This document shows, piece by piece, positions 8,854 through 18,852 of a stretch of 60,316 bases of DNA (its first letter is position 1; every line of letters starts with the position of its first letter). The position numbers and the translations under genes were made by a program. Origin of the DNA: an uncultured virus (IMG/VR IMGVR_UViG_3300043438_001900). Taxonomy: Duplodnaviria > Heunggongvirae > Uroviricota > Caudoviricetes. A model generated the notes under the pieces. The model was not told the DNA's origin. It did no database searches and worked only from the letters and a program-made list of their open reading frames with translations. Where the stretch lies: IMG/VR virus record IMGVR_UViG_3300043438_001900. The stretch is one strand, 5' to 3'.

Positions 8854-11253
8854 TCACCAAGTAGGAAGATAAAATTGATTAAAGTGTCTTAAAATTTCAT
8901 TAGACATATCTATTGAGCGATTATACTGATGTACTATTTTAAATAGTTCACCATTACTATTATAAACCACTTTATTTCTACTAATTTGAATATTTCTAAA
9001 TCTACCCTTATCAATTGGGTCGTTGAATATTGTATGTAAATGCGCCGCCAATGGTACATCTTCTCTTAATCCCGTTTTTTTCAGTATTTGAGACGCATAC
9101 ATTAGTTTTAAAATTATTGCTTGGTCTACTCCGTAAATTGATTTTGTATGTTCAGGAATTTTACCATATTCATCTAAAACAATATCGGCAAATTCGGATA
9201 GTGTTTTTCTATTACCCGCAATAACCCCACAGTTTAATACTTCATACGGACCTACTGCATTTGCCATATCATTACCATAAACATTTCCAATAACACCATA
9301 GTTCCATTTTTGGTCTTGTATCGGAATACCTTCAGATGATATAATAATATTATCCTTAGGTAGTGTATCTAAAATTTCAAACGGATTCCCTTGGAAATAG
9401 ATATCACTAAAGTCCACGCACAATATTGTTTCATAATCGTGAGTATTTGCGAATTCTTTAAACGCAACTAATCTATCTAAAAATAGATTATCATAAACAG
9501 GTTCCCTATCTATAATTTCAAAATCAAACGCAGTTAATTCTCGTCTAACCGTTTCGTCTTTTTCTTTTGATGCGTCGATAACATATAAATCGTAATTATA
9601 TGACGCAAAATAACTAACACTCTTTATAAATGGGAACTTAATAGATGAGTTAATATCTTTTATGTAAGTTATTACCACATTTTTATTTTTAACGTTAGTT
9701 GGTGCCAAAAATAATGGTTCTATATTATGTTTATAGATATTCTCGTCTATTTTAGTTAATGAATGGGTTCGACCATAATGGTTGGTGTCGAACATACTAT
9801 CAACATTTCTATTTGGTGTGGTTCTTAAAATTCGACTACTATTACTATAGTTTACCGCTTGGAACTCTCTATTATGATTTTGATACTTTGTATCGTATTC
9901 TACTGTATAATCGAGTAATGTCGTCACATCAACTGTTTTGATACCGGATTGGTGTAGTTTTGTGTTAAGGTCATTATCCTCAGACCCCCAACCCCAAAAA
10001 CCATTTCTATAACCACCAACCTTAAAGAAATCATTATAATGCATCAATGTACTACCATAATCACCCATGTTAAAGTACGCCTCGTTTAAATTTGGCCACT
10101 TCCACTCACCATCAATAGGATAAACATCAACATGGTGAATATAGAGGAATTTATATTTGTTCTTTTTTCTAAAGTTAATAACCGAATTACAGGACAATCC
10201 GGCATTCCACTCACCAATATTATCTAACTCCGCAATTAAAATATCGTAAGTAATTCCCCTATCTTTAAAGAATTTTGGGGTTTTAACTAAATAATCTTTT
10301 AGATGTTGTTCACGATTTCTGTATGGTACAACGATTAATACGTCCTTTTCTTCTGGTTTATTTAATGTTGCGGAACTAAACTCTAAATTATTTAGTATTT
10401 CAAATTCATTAAGACTTCTAACGGTACCTAATGGATAATCTGTTTTATATGTTGGGTCAAAATATTTTTTTTCTGCATGCTCGTTTGATTTGTTTTCCCT
10501 ATGCATCGTATTCTGAACTTCGTTGTAGTGTCTTGGTGAACCACCACCAGTGTTATATTTGTGCCAAATTAAACATTCAGGTGTCCCAAAAAAATCCCAC
10601 CCATTGGTAAACGCTCTAAGTGTTTGGTCGGTTTCTTCATAGTTCCAATATAACTGTGGGTCATATGGTAACTCTTTTACGTATTCAATTGGTGCAAAAA
10701 CAAATCCAGCAGCGAATGTTGTCCCTAAAATGGGTTTATTATCACCATGGTCTAAATTACATGCATTTTTATCGAGACCAAACCCTAAAGAGGTAACGGC
10801 CTTTCTATTAAATGCCCTAATTTCATTCTTAATGATGTTACTTTGAGTCTTACCATTTTCATAATCAAATGCGGACGGGTAAAATGATAAAACCGGTTTT
10901 TTACTATTTGACTCTTTTAAATATTGTATAAATTTATCATCCCAATCCTTACCAAAACGCATGTGTGCATCAATTTGTAAGTAATATTTTTCTTGTTCAA
11001 TAAATGTTTGAATTTTGTGTCTAACCCAAGATACCCCTTTAGTATTTTTATAATCTAAAGAGTAAATCTCAACCTGTCGATTACCAAAATCCATTTTATA
11101 AATCTCATCAGCCTCAAAATCAGTTTGGTTAAATACAACAACCCTTATTCTATCTGGGTCTTTAGCGTTTTCATATAGGTCATTAATTGTGTTTATTAAG
11201 TCAGCATCTCTATAGGATGCAATGCTTACAAAAATTTCACAGTTTTTAATCAT
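8854..11253 (-). CDS. three-domain glycosyltransferase (GT60/Gnt1-like + GT7-like + C-terminal GT-A-like)
   Basis: IFVSIASYRD...LQIDAHMRF..WD; VPYRNREQHL...GWGSEDNDL; VDFSDIYFQGNPF...N.G...DQA...HQYNR. Confidence 0.8.
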   Translation of the reverse strand: MIKNCEIFVSIASYRDADLINTINDLYENAKDPDRIRVVVFNQTDFEADEIYKMDFGNRQVEIYSLDYKNTKGVSWVRHKIQTFIEQEKYYLQIDAHMRFGKDWDDKFIQYLKESNSKKPVLSFYPSAFDYENGKTQSNIIKNEIRAFNRKAVTSLGFGLDKNACNLDHGDNKPILGTTFAAGFVFAPIEYVKELPYDPQLYWNYEETDQTLRAFTNGWDFFGTPECLIWHKYNTGGGSPRHYNEVQNTMHRENKSNEHAEKKYFDPTYKTDYPLGTVRSLNEFEILNNLEFSSATLNKPEEKDVLIVVPYRNREQHLKDYLVKTPKFFKDRGITYDILIAELDNIGEWNAGLSCNSVINFRKKNKYKFLYIHHVDVYPIDGEWKWPNLNEAYFNMGDYGSTLMHYNDFFKVGGYRNGFWGWGSEDNDLNTKLHQSGIKTVDVTTLLDYTVEYDTKYQNHNREFQAVNYSNSSRILRTTPNRNVDSMFDTNHYGRTHSLTKIDENIYKHNIEPLFLAPTNVKNKNVVITYIKDINSSIKFPFIKSVSYFASYNYDLYVIDASKEKDETVRRELTAFDFEIIDREPVYDNLFLDRLVAFKEFANTHDYETILCVDFSDIYFQGNPFEILDTLPKDNIIISSEGIPIQDQKWNYGVIGNVYGNDMANAVGPYEVLNCGVIAGNRKTLSEFADIVLDEYGKIPEHTKSIYGVDQAIILKLMYASQILKKTGLREDVPLAAHLHTIFNDPIDKGRFRNIQISRNKVVYNSNGELFKIVHQYNRSIDMSNEILRHFNQFYLPTW

Positions 11254-11355
11254 ATTGGTCTCTTTCTGATAAAAATAATATTTTTTAGGGGATAAGTAAA
11301 GGTATGTTTTGTTTTTTCAAAAATATTGCTTATACTTTAAATATAAGTATTAATA

Positions 11356-11721
11356 ATGGGAACAACATACCAACCAATCGTGATAAGTCACGCAGAAAAT
11401 ATCATAGAATCATTTAATGAAAGTGGTTTTTTTGAGGATTATGAAATTGAAGATAAGAGTTATGCCATGGGTTATCTATGTGATAAACTAACGGATAAAT
11501 TCATTTTAGGAGAACTAAATGAGGATATTGAGGAATATGTGTTTACCGAAGATGAAATGGAAAAAATATTACGGGAAATAATTGCCGGAACCTACTTAAC
11601 CGAATTACAAGATAAAGGGTTGGTCGATTCAATTGAAGACAATAATGAAGAAGAAAGATTTTTCCTAACAGATTTAGGTAAAGAATGGGCCGATAAGATT
11701 AAAAAAGAAAAAGAGGAATAG
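11356..11721 (+). CDS. acidic protein with winged-helix-like C-terminus
   Basis: L.DKGLV......F.LT..GK pattern. Confidence 0.55.
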   Translation: MGTTYQPIVISHAENIIESFNESGFFEDYEIEDKSYAMGYLCDKLTDKFILGELNEDIEEYVFTEDEMEKILREIIAGTYLTELQDKGLVDSIEDNNEEERFFLTDLGKEWADKIKKEKEE

Positions 11722-11722
11722 G

Positions 11723-12157
11723 TTATTTGTGTTTTATTAACAATTCACCAATAACCTCAATTAGACCAACTAATTTCTGAAATTCAACTTGTTCGATATT
11801 CATATCTCCCTTGGTTGATTTATATAATTTGTCAAGAAGTTCTTTATATTCTTTTTTACTAGATTCAACATCAAACTTACCTTCCGCTGCCTTTTTATAA
11901 TAAGGTAACTTCACCCTAAAGTGATGGTAGGTCAACAATGAGGGTCCACCCTTTTCTTTTGCGTTATCCACAATTTTCTTAGCACCACCCATTCTTTTTT
12001 CTGCAAACGTATCGAATGATTTTGGGTGGTTATCATGTCCACATTTGTGACAGACATACAAATCGTCACCACCTTCGGACTTTTTCCATTTCCAATCACA
12101 GTGTTCACAATTAATCATCTCAGATGATTCATTTAATATGTCAAAAAATTTTATCAT
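11723..12157 (-). CDS. zinc-ribbon hypothetical protein
   Basis: CEHC..W...CHKCGH. Confidence 0.65.
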   Translation of the reverse strand: MIKFFDILNESSEMINCEHCDWKWKKSEGGDDLYVCHKCGHDNHPKSFDTFAEKRMGGAKKIVDNAKEKGGPSLLTYHHFRVKLPYYKKAAEGKFDVESSKKEYKELLDKLYKSTKGDMNIEQVEFQKLVGLIEVIGELLIKHK

Positions 12158-12480
12158 TTTTTCTTTTCGTCAACTTGTTGTTGATTAGTTCCTCTTTTGT
12201 GGTCCCTTATTTTGTTTTTAAGCACTTTAAGCATTTTGTTTGCGTCATTTAAATTTGATGAGATTGAACTTAAACGTCCACTTGAGATTGTTTTTAACCC
12301 TTCAGGTATACAATCCTGTACTTTACGTAGTTCTTTAACGGTTTCCGCCAATTGACCCTCAAGTTCATCTATTTTGAATTGAACCTTATTGTAGTCGTTT
12401 CTATTGACTTTGGATGTTTCTTCAGAAATTATTTTTCTGATGGTCTCCATTATATATTCTTCGTTAATTTTGTGTTGCAT
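12154..12480 (-). CDS. coiled-coil hypothetical protein
   Basis: Start moved to ATG 12480 after TATTTAT. Confidence 0.6.
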   Translation of the reverse strand: MQHKINEEYIMETIRKIISEETSKVNRNDYNKVQFKIDELEGQLAETVKELRKVQDCIPEGLKTISSGRLSSISSNLNDANKMLKVLKNKIRDHKRGTNQQQVDEKKK

Positions 12481-12596
12481 AATAATAAATACTTGGTAAA
12501 AGAGTATTTTCCTAAAAAAGAACTCCCCCATTTTATTGGGGGAGCGTGGTTTTATAATATTAGGGTAAGTCCCTTTAGGGGGGTTAAATAAGTGAG

Positions 12597-12830
12597 TTAC
12601 TCAACTCTAAAATCGTTGTTTTCTTTACTACTAATTTCGTTATCTTGTTTCATACCCTCTTTAATGTAGGTACGTATTAGTTTAGAAACACTCATATTCT
12701 TCTTAGTGGCAACTTTCTCGATTTCTCGAAAATACGCCGGTACTACTCTAAATGACAACATTTGTACCAATTGTTTCGATTTTGGTACGTCAGGTGTATG
12801 TGTATCTTCGTTAAAATTATTGATTTCCAT
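12597..12830 (-). CDS. ribbon-helix-helix-like DNA-binding protein
   Basis: LSFRV...IEKVA.KKNMSVSKLIR.YI pattern. Confidence 0.6.
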   Translation of the reverse strand: MEINNFNEDTHTPDVPKSKQLVQMLSFRVVPAYFREIEKVATKKNMSVSKLIRTYIKEGMKQDNEISSKENNDFRVE

Positions 12831-12901
12831 AATTGGGATTTTTATATAAATATTTGGTATTACGCAAATAATTTCGTATTATTTAAATAAAACAAATAAT
12901 C

Positions 12902-13255
12902 ATGTCAACAGAAACACAAATCTCAGCAACCAAACAGTGTGAGGAGTTATATCCTGAAACAACTGCGGAATTTAAAAAAATCCTAAAGGAACAATATGAG
13001 TTGTTCTGTAAAAAACAATTAAATTACGGACCAGATAACATTTCAGTGGGAACAAAGTTAGCAACCCCCGAAGAAATTAAGTTGTCACAAACAGGATTGT
13101 GGTTCCGTATGAATGATAAAATCCAACGATTAAAACAGTTAGTTCTCTTGGGTAGAGAAGACCAAGTTGGTGAAACAGTTCAAGACACATACTCGGACCT
13201 ATCCGTTTATGGAATTATCGCACAAATTGTTATTAGAGGTAAATGGGGTAAATAA
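12902..13255 (+). CDS. nucleotide-modification-associated domain protein (DUF1599-like)
   Basis: KQLNYG, RMNDKIQRL, E.V.DT..DL.VYGII. Confidence 0.75.
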   Translation: MSTETQISATKQCEELYPETTAEFKKILKEQYELFCKKQLNYGPDNISVGTKLATPEEIKLSQTGLWFRMNDKIQRLKQLVLLGREDQVGETVQDTYSDLSVYGIIAQIVIRGKWGK

Positions 13256-13359
13256 CAATTAGTTATGTGTCAAAAACCAAAAATAAGGGGGGTAAAAATG
13301 TACCCCCTTTGTTTTTAAAGTAAGACCCAAAATATTTATAATAAACGAAAAAAGGGCAT

Positions 13360-13719
13360 ATGAAAATCAACACAAATCATCCGACATTTATTTCCTTCTT
13401 AGACGGTGTGAATGGGAATATACTATCTAACATCAGTCCTGAAAAGTATTTTTCATTAACCCCATCAAGGAAGGTAAGTTTACAATATTTAACTTTAAAA
13501 CTCGTTATCCAATCAGTTAAGATTAGAGCCAAGTTGACCGATAGTGAATTATCGGAGTTTACCGAAATTCTAAAAAAGAAGAACGAGGAAAATGAAAATT
13601 ACGAGTTTGCTGCGGTTTTAAAAGATGTTCTTACAAATTTTGACACCCTAAATGAGATGACTAAAACCGGTATAAGACAGAAAAGAACTGTTAAGACCGA
13701 TAAAACAACAAATGAGTAG
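13360..13719 (+). CDS. hypothetical protein with UVR-like motif
   Basis: ENYEFAAVLKD. Confidence 0.6.
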   Translation: MKINTNHPTFISFLDGVNGNILSNISPEKYFSLTPSRKVSLQYLTLKLVIQSVKIRAKLTDSELSEFTEILKKKNEENENYEFAAVLKDVLTNFDTLNEMTKTGIRQKRTVKTDKTTNE

Positions 13720-14107
13720 GGGAGAAATTGATACTAAACTAAAAATCATATATGCCAAATCCGCATTGGAGTGGTGTGAGGTTACTTTAGGTATTAACAC
13801 CCGTAAAAGACGTAAACTGGAACTAAGGATAAGTGAAAGAAAAAGAAAAAGTGGTAAGTTTTATTTTTATGGTAATTATTGTTTTTACAGGAATCGAATT
13901 GTGATTTACATTTCTAATTGTAAAACATACAAAGACATTGCATCAACGATAATCCACGAATACACTCATTATTTACAATCAAGAACAAAATATGAGGAAT
14001 ACGAGAAGTTATATTACTATTCAACCAACCCATATGAAAGACAGGCGAAGAGAAATGAGGTAAAGTATACTAAAATGTGTTTAAGTGACATTAGGAAAAG
14101 TCTCTAA
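13712..14107 (+). CDS. HExxH metalloprotein
   Basis: IIHEYTHYLQ...NPYE.QA. Confidence 0.65.
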   Translation: MSRGEIDTKLKIIYAKSALEWCEVTLGINTRKRRKLELRISERKRKSGKFYFYGNYCFYRNRIVIYISNCKTYKDIASTIIHEYTHYLQSRTKYEEYEKLYYYSTNPYERQAKRNEVKYTKMCLSDIRKSL

Positions 14108-14305
14108 AACCTCAGCTTCAGGTATTTCCCTTAAAAATAATAATAAAACATCACCTCCTTGGTGATTGTTTTGTTTTAGGACCATATCACAATACCAATA
14201 GTCTCTAACAGTCGTTATACCTTCCGGTTTTATTTGAGATTCTTTAACTTTTCTATAGACCCAAAATAATCGACCTTGGTAATTTAATAATTCTTTTTTT
14301 AACAT
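14081..14305 (-). CDS. hypothetical protein
   Basis: Translationally coupled to the upstream nuclease gene. Confidence 0.55.
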   Translation of the reverse strand: MLKKELLNYQGRLFWVYRKVKESQIKPEGITTVRDYWYCDMVLKQNNHQGGDVLLLFLREIPEAEVLETFPNVT

Positions 14306-14910
14306 TAATGTTTACATGTTGATGACTTGTGTTGTTCCCATTTAGTTGTGGGTTTTTCATTGGCGAAATAATAACACTCCGTCTTTTTAGATTTGTCCCA
14401 AGTAATAAACATATGAAACCCGTCAGGAACTGTTGCACCTGTAGGTAATTTTACACTTTTTATTGAGTAATCTAAAATTATCTTAACTGTTATTGGTTCA
14501 GTATCATCCCATTTTCTAACTTGGTCTTCTAATATTCTCCACTCACCTCTATTAAGGTATTGGTTTTGTAGTGCGCAATTCAAATAAGAGAACGTCTGTT
14601 TAAGATTTTCCATATTATCTGAGAACGCGGCTGCCGGTGCTAAATGTCCTTTATCGTATAAATTTGTGGCGTAATCCGCAGCATCTGATGTGTGGATTGT
14701 CTTTTCAGTATAGAAATCCATAGAACCTCTATTAACGGTTGTTGGTCTATTTGTTGAGTGATAAATCAACCATAAAGGTTGTTCTAACTTCTGAGAGTAT
14801 GATACTTCAAATACTTTATTTTTAACGTGAACAACATCTTTTATCGGTAGGAATGATGACGCTAATAGAGTTAGTAGGGTTAGATTAACTATTAAAAGGA
14901 ATTTTTTCAT
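14305..14910 (-). CDS. secreted DNA/RNA non-specific endonuclease (NucA/EndoG family)
   Basis: Signal peptide; DKGHLAPAA, TF.Y.N..LQ...LNRGEW..LE, VP..F. Confidence 0.9.
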   Translation of the reverse strand: MKKFLLIVNLTLLTLLASSFLPIKDVVHVKNKVFEVSYSQKLEQPLWLIYHSTNRPTTVNRGSMDFYTEKTIHTSDAADYATNLYDKGHLAPAAAFSDNMENLKQTFSYLNCALQNQYLNRGEWRILEDQVRKWDDTEPITVKIILDYSIKSVKLPTGATVPDGFHMFITWDKSKKTECYYFANEKPTTKWEQHKSSTCKH

Positions 14911-15460
14911 GGGTGTTGTTTTTTATATAGTTAAATATGTCATCTGAGGTATTGGGACCTACAGAGAATTCAACAAATGGTATGTTATGGGTTATTAGTT
15001 TATTCTTAATGTCTTCATCAATCTGTTTTGATTCGTTAAGATTTTGAAATCTACCATTCTCATCATACGTTGAATCGTCTCTTTTTAATAGGATGTTTAG
15101 ATTATTATACTTTTTGAATAGACCTAAAACAAAAAAATCAAACGAATCATCATAAAAAGATGCGGGATATGATGGTTCCGAATCGTATCGGTCCTTATAG
15201 ACCATACCTAAAATTATGGGAGAATCAACAATTATGTGTTGAACTTTACCATACAATCTACTGATATTCCTGTGTTGGTTTGCGGTGATATAAAATTGGT
15301 CCTTAATTGCGGAATAATTTTCCTCCCACGCAACTATTTTAGGAAACTCAAAGGTTAATTCAACATCCATGTGGGTTTTCTTCATTAGGGTAAACAATTG
15401 GGCACTTTGGGTTGATTTACCAATACCGGGGCCGCCAAAAAAATTAATTATTAAACTCAT
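14885..15460 (-). CDS. P-loop NTPase / kinase (NadR-AAA_28-like)
   Basis: GGPGIGKST Walker A, IIVDSP, GRFQ. Confidence 0.8.
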   Translation of the reverse strand: MSLIINFFGGPGIGKSTQSAQLFTLMKKTHMDVELTFEFPKIVAWEENYSAIKDQFYITANQHRNISRLYGKVQHIIVDSPIILGMVYKDRYDSEPSYPASFYDDSFDFFVLGLFKKYNNLNILLKRDDSTYDENGRFQNLNESKQIDEDIKNKLITHNIPFVEFSVGPNTSDDIFNYIKNNTHEKIPFNS

Positions 15461-15552
15461 GTTGAAAATATAAGAATTTTTAAGATAAAGGTCAAGACCT
15501 AATACAATTTGGGGATAACGTTATATTTATTGTAATAAATAAAAAACATAAT

Positions 15553-15879
15553 ATGGATTCACAGTCATTCTATACTGTTTTAATAACAGCAGTTACAGTT
15601 TTAGGTTCCGCAAGTGCTTGGAGATTCTACGAAAAAAGAGCCATGAGAAAAGAGAGGTCAGAAGATTATATGAAAGATGAATGTCGAGAAAGGATAGCAA
15701 AATTGGAAGTCTTGTTGGAAAGGTCTTCAATAGAAAAGGATGACATGCGTTCAAAAATATTAGACCTTACTCGTGAAGTGGCCGAACTTAGGGTAAAAGT
15801 GGAATTCTTAGAAGACAAGAACATAGAATTAAAAAAAAGTGTAACACCTAAAACAACAAGAACTAAAAAAACACAATAA
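15553..15879 (+). CDS. TM + coiled-coil protein (possible holin-type)
   Basis: N-terminal TM helix followed by heptad repeats. Confidence 0.5.
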   Translation: MDSQSFYTVLITAVTVLGSASAWRFYEKRAMRKERSEDYMKDECRERIAKLEVLLERSSIEKDDMRSKILDLTREVAELRVKVEFLEDKNIELKKSVTPKTTRTKKTQ

Positions 15880-16265
15880 TGAAAAAATACGTATTAACAG
15901 AATCACAATTTAAATCCTTAATGGATAAAGTAATCACCGAAGAAAGTGGTAAGGGTAAGGGATATGGTTGTCCTCGTTCGGGTACACTTGGTCAATGTCT
16001 ACAAAAATCAGGAATTAAAGGTAAACCAATGTTCAAATTAGAAGGTCCAACCCAATTATTCTCTATGTTATATCAAGTAATGGCTGGAGATACATGGAAC
16101 GGAATTATGAATACCGTATTAGGATTGGATGGATTTTATGGTAAGGATGTAAAGAGTTATGAAAGATACTCAAATATCAATTTAAGTATGAATCCAGGTC
16201 TTGGTGGTAAAAAAGAATCAATTCAACAAGGATACGTTTTACATTTAGAAGGTCCTTACGATTAA
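15879..16265 (+). CDS. putative virion protein, possible degenerate LysM
   Basis: YVLTESQF N-terminal motif; YQVMAGDTW..I...NP..I..G..L. Confidence 0.5.
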   Translation: MKKYVLTESQFKSLMDKVITEESGKGKGYGCPRSGTLGQCLQKSGIKGKPMFKLEGPTQLFSMLYQVMAGDTWNGIMNTVLGLDGFYGKDVKSYERYSNINLSMNPGLGGKKESIQQGYVLHLEGPYD

Positions 16266-16828
16266 GAATCTTTTGTCAATTGGTCAAAAACCTCAATAAT
16301 GTGGGTTAAACCATCATAAGAAAAACATTCAGAGTAACCCGAAAAGTTCTCTAAGAGGGGTCGATATTTTTTGACTCCTCTTTTTTTTGCTAATCGGTCT
16401 TTAATCTTCCCCTCCAACTTTTCAGCATCCTTAGTGTCGATTCTTCTCAGTATGGTTTGAAGTACATATCCTTCATATCCGTAGTCTTTACTAAATCTAC
16501 GCATGATAAACTTCTTAGAAGTTATCCCCACTTTTACAAATGTATTACCCGTACTCTCCTCTTTCATCAATATAAGGTATAAAGATTTAGGTAACTCTTT
16601 GATTTTCTTTTGTTTATCCTTAGTATGTTTTGATAATTTCTTAAAAACATATGTTTTTGCATCTTCCAAACTATTGAAGTCTTTCACGTCCCTATAAGGG
16701 TTGGGTAAATACTTCTTAAATCGTTGAGAATAAAGGAGTTTACCACTATCTACGGTATATATTTTTTTGGTCCCTGACTTCTTTTCGTAGAAGGAGTAAA
16801 ATCCCATTTTAAGTATCGGCTCGGCCAT
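16262..16828 (-). CDS. GIY-YIG-superfamily (T5orf172-like) nuclease-domain protein
   Basis: LYLI...FVKVGITS....RRF, AEKLE, GYSECF. Confidence 0.65.
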   Translation of the reverse strand: MAEPILKMGFYSFYEKKSGTKKIYTVDSGKLLYSQRFKKYLPNPYRDVKDFNSLEDAKTYVFKKLSKHTKDKQKKIKELPKSLYLILMKEESTGNTFVKVGITSKKFIMRRFSKDYGYEGYVLQTILRRIDTKDAEKLEGKIKDRLAKKRGVKKYRPLLENFSGYSECFSYDGLTHIIEVFDQLTKDS

Positions 16829-16917
16829 GTTGAATTACTTTCCTAATACATATTCGTAGTTTTATTTTGTATATCCCAATTTTTTTATATCTTTGCGACA
16901 GTTAAAACCAAAAATAA

Positions 16918-17250
16918 ATGGAAAACATAAAAAAGTGTACCGGTTGTAGAAATGAACAACCACTGAGTAATTTTTACAAAAACAAGTTAGTTCACGATGG
17001 TCACAGTAACTATTGTGTTGAATGTACTCGTGTTAATTCTAAGAAGTATTTCCAAAGAAAAAAGGAAAAAGTGGTTAGGGTTGAAAATGACAATTTAATG
17101 AAGATGGTTCTTTTATCTAATAACGATTCTAACAACGCAGATAACCTTATGAAGGTCATGATGATTGAAAAGATGTGTAAGACCATTTTAGATGAAGTTG
17201 AACACTTAAAGAGAGGTTTCGTTAAGACTGAGTCGGAAGTAGTAAGATAA
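16918..17250 (+). CDS. zinc-finger protein
   Basis: KKCTGC....L.NFYK....DG..NYCVEC; host-type promoter upstream. Confidence 0.7.
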   Translation: MENIKKCTGCRNEQPLSNFYKNKLVHDGHSNYCVECTRVNSKKYFQRKKEKVVRVENDNLMKMVLLSNNDSNNADNLMKVMMIEKMCKTILDEVEHLKRGFVKTESEVVR

Positions 17251-17300
17251 TGTGCACAAACCTATGTTTATAGGTATTTATTGTATATATTAATTTTACT

Positions 17301-18824
17301 ATGAAGTTCAACGAAATTATAACAAATGTCATTTATGAAGAGATAAAGAATAAAAAACTCTTCAACGCATTAATGGACAAGTGGAAGATGGAAAAACCTA
17401 ACCTATCTCCAGATGAGGCGGAAACGTTAATCACCTCTTTCCAACGAATCCAAAATGGTTTAAAACCAGAAAAACCACAAGTCTTTTCATTCCTAAGCAG
17501 GTTCGATGGAGAACAAGGTTTTGAAAGATTCGACCCCAATAATCTAAAGGATATTACAAAGTATAGTTACCAACAAATATTATTTTTAGTTGGTGAATAT
17601 GATGATGCTGAGGAAGAAGTTCAAGGTGATGTATTTGTCGGTAAGGACACTAAACCAACCGAAGAAAGGATTGCAGCATCTAAAGAACTATGGAGTGGAG
17701 AAGAAAACCTAATCATAAACGAGGACGGATTAAGAGTATACAGTATACCTGACCAAAAAACCTCCATGAAATATGGTTATTATGTTCAAGTAATAAACAA
17801 GGCCATACCAAATAGTAACGGTCCTTGGTGTGTAACGTGGAGAGCCGACCAAGGAACAAACATGTGGGGTAATTATCGAAACAATAGAAGTTTTTATTTC
17901 GTTATTGACGAATCAAAAGATACCACAGATAAATACTATTTGGGGGCACTACAAAGAGATGTTACAGTTAAATCGGATTTTAGATTAACCTCAACACAAA
18001 ATAACGGGGATAATCCAATGACTTGGGAGGAAATTGTTCAAATTTACCCTAAACTTGATAACCACAAAGATAAGATTGTTGTAAAACCTTACTCTCAAAA
18101 TGAATTAGAGGAAAAAAGTATAGTGGGTCAGATTACCGAGAGAGTAGGTCATCAATATGAATTTAAAAGACTTGGTAAAGACCTTAAAAGGGCATACATC
18201 AATAACCAAGGTGTACTTAGTAGTCCAGAATCTTGGAGGTCGATGGATGATAAACTAAGAGCGCTTTATATTTTATCAACAACTGAGTATCAAGTAAAAG
18301 ATAAGTTTAATAACTTTGATTTTGTTAATGAAATTAGGAAAGTTGGTAGTGAATTTAACCTTTTAAATAATCGTTTAAAACAAGTAGGTTTAAGTGGTGT
18401 TGGTGTTATATATGACCATTTAATGGCCACTGAATTCAGAGTTGCGAGAGTGTCGGCTGACAATGAAAACATCAGATTATATGAAAGTAAAATCAACGGT
18501 AAATCGGGATTATACAACGTAAGAGCAACCGATTGGGTTGAATTGGGGGGACACAGATACGAACCATTATACGAACAAATCGATACTGATTTATTCTTTG
18601 ATGATGAGGGAGAAACGTATGTTGTTGAGACATTCAGTAAATCAATGCAACCATCTAATGATTCCTTTTATTCTGTTTATTCAGTGGGTGATTCAAATCC
18701 CGAATTAAATTCACATTTCCTATCCTCAACGGCGTGGGAAAAATTAAAAAGTAATTTAAAATCTGAAGACGAAGATGTCTCTAAGAAACCCGGTGAAGAA
18801 ACCGATATAAAAGAATACAAATAA
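17301..18824 (+). CDS. large hypothetical protein (WC[VT]T-motif family)
   Basis: PWCVT...W.NY....FYFV, similar to EWCTT...Y..Y...LYIL in 24307-26124. Confidence 0.65.
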   Translation: MKFNEIITNVIYEEIKNKKLFNALMDKWKMEKPNLSPDEAETLITSFQRIQNGLKPEKPQVFSFLSRFDGEQGFERFDPNNLKDITKYSYQQILFLVGEYDDAEEEVQGDVFVGKDTKPTEERIAASKELWSGEENLIINEDGLRVYSIPDQKTSMKYGYYVQVINKAIPNSNGPWCVTWRADQGTNMWGNYRNNRSFYFVIDESKDTTDKYYLGALQRDVTVKSDFRLTSTQNNGDNPMTWEEIVQIYPKLDNHKDKIVVKPYSQNELEEKSIVGQITERVGHQYEFKRLGKDLKRAYINNQGVLSSPESWRSMDDKLRALYILSTTEYQVKDKFNNFDFVNEIRKVGSEFNLLNNRLKQVGLSGVGVIYDHLMATEFRVARVSADNENIRLYESKINGKSGLYNVRATDWVELGGHRYEPLYEQIDTDLFFDDEGETYVVETFSKSMQPSNDSFYSVYSVGDSNPELNSHFLSSTAWEKLKSNLKSEDEDVSKKPGEETDIKEYK

Positions 18825-18852
18825 AAAAGGGGGTTTAAAACCCCCTTTTTTT
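18825..18852. terminator. bidirectional intrinsic terminator
   Basis: AAAAGGGGG-TTTAAAA-CCCCCTTTT between convergent genes. Confidence 0.85.

Noticed and set aside
18558..18584. Partial match of spacer TACGAACCCATACGAACTAATG to coding DNA
   Set aside because: Needs gaps after 8 nt; compatible with chance
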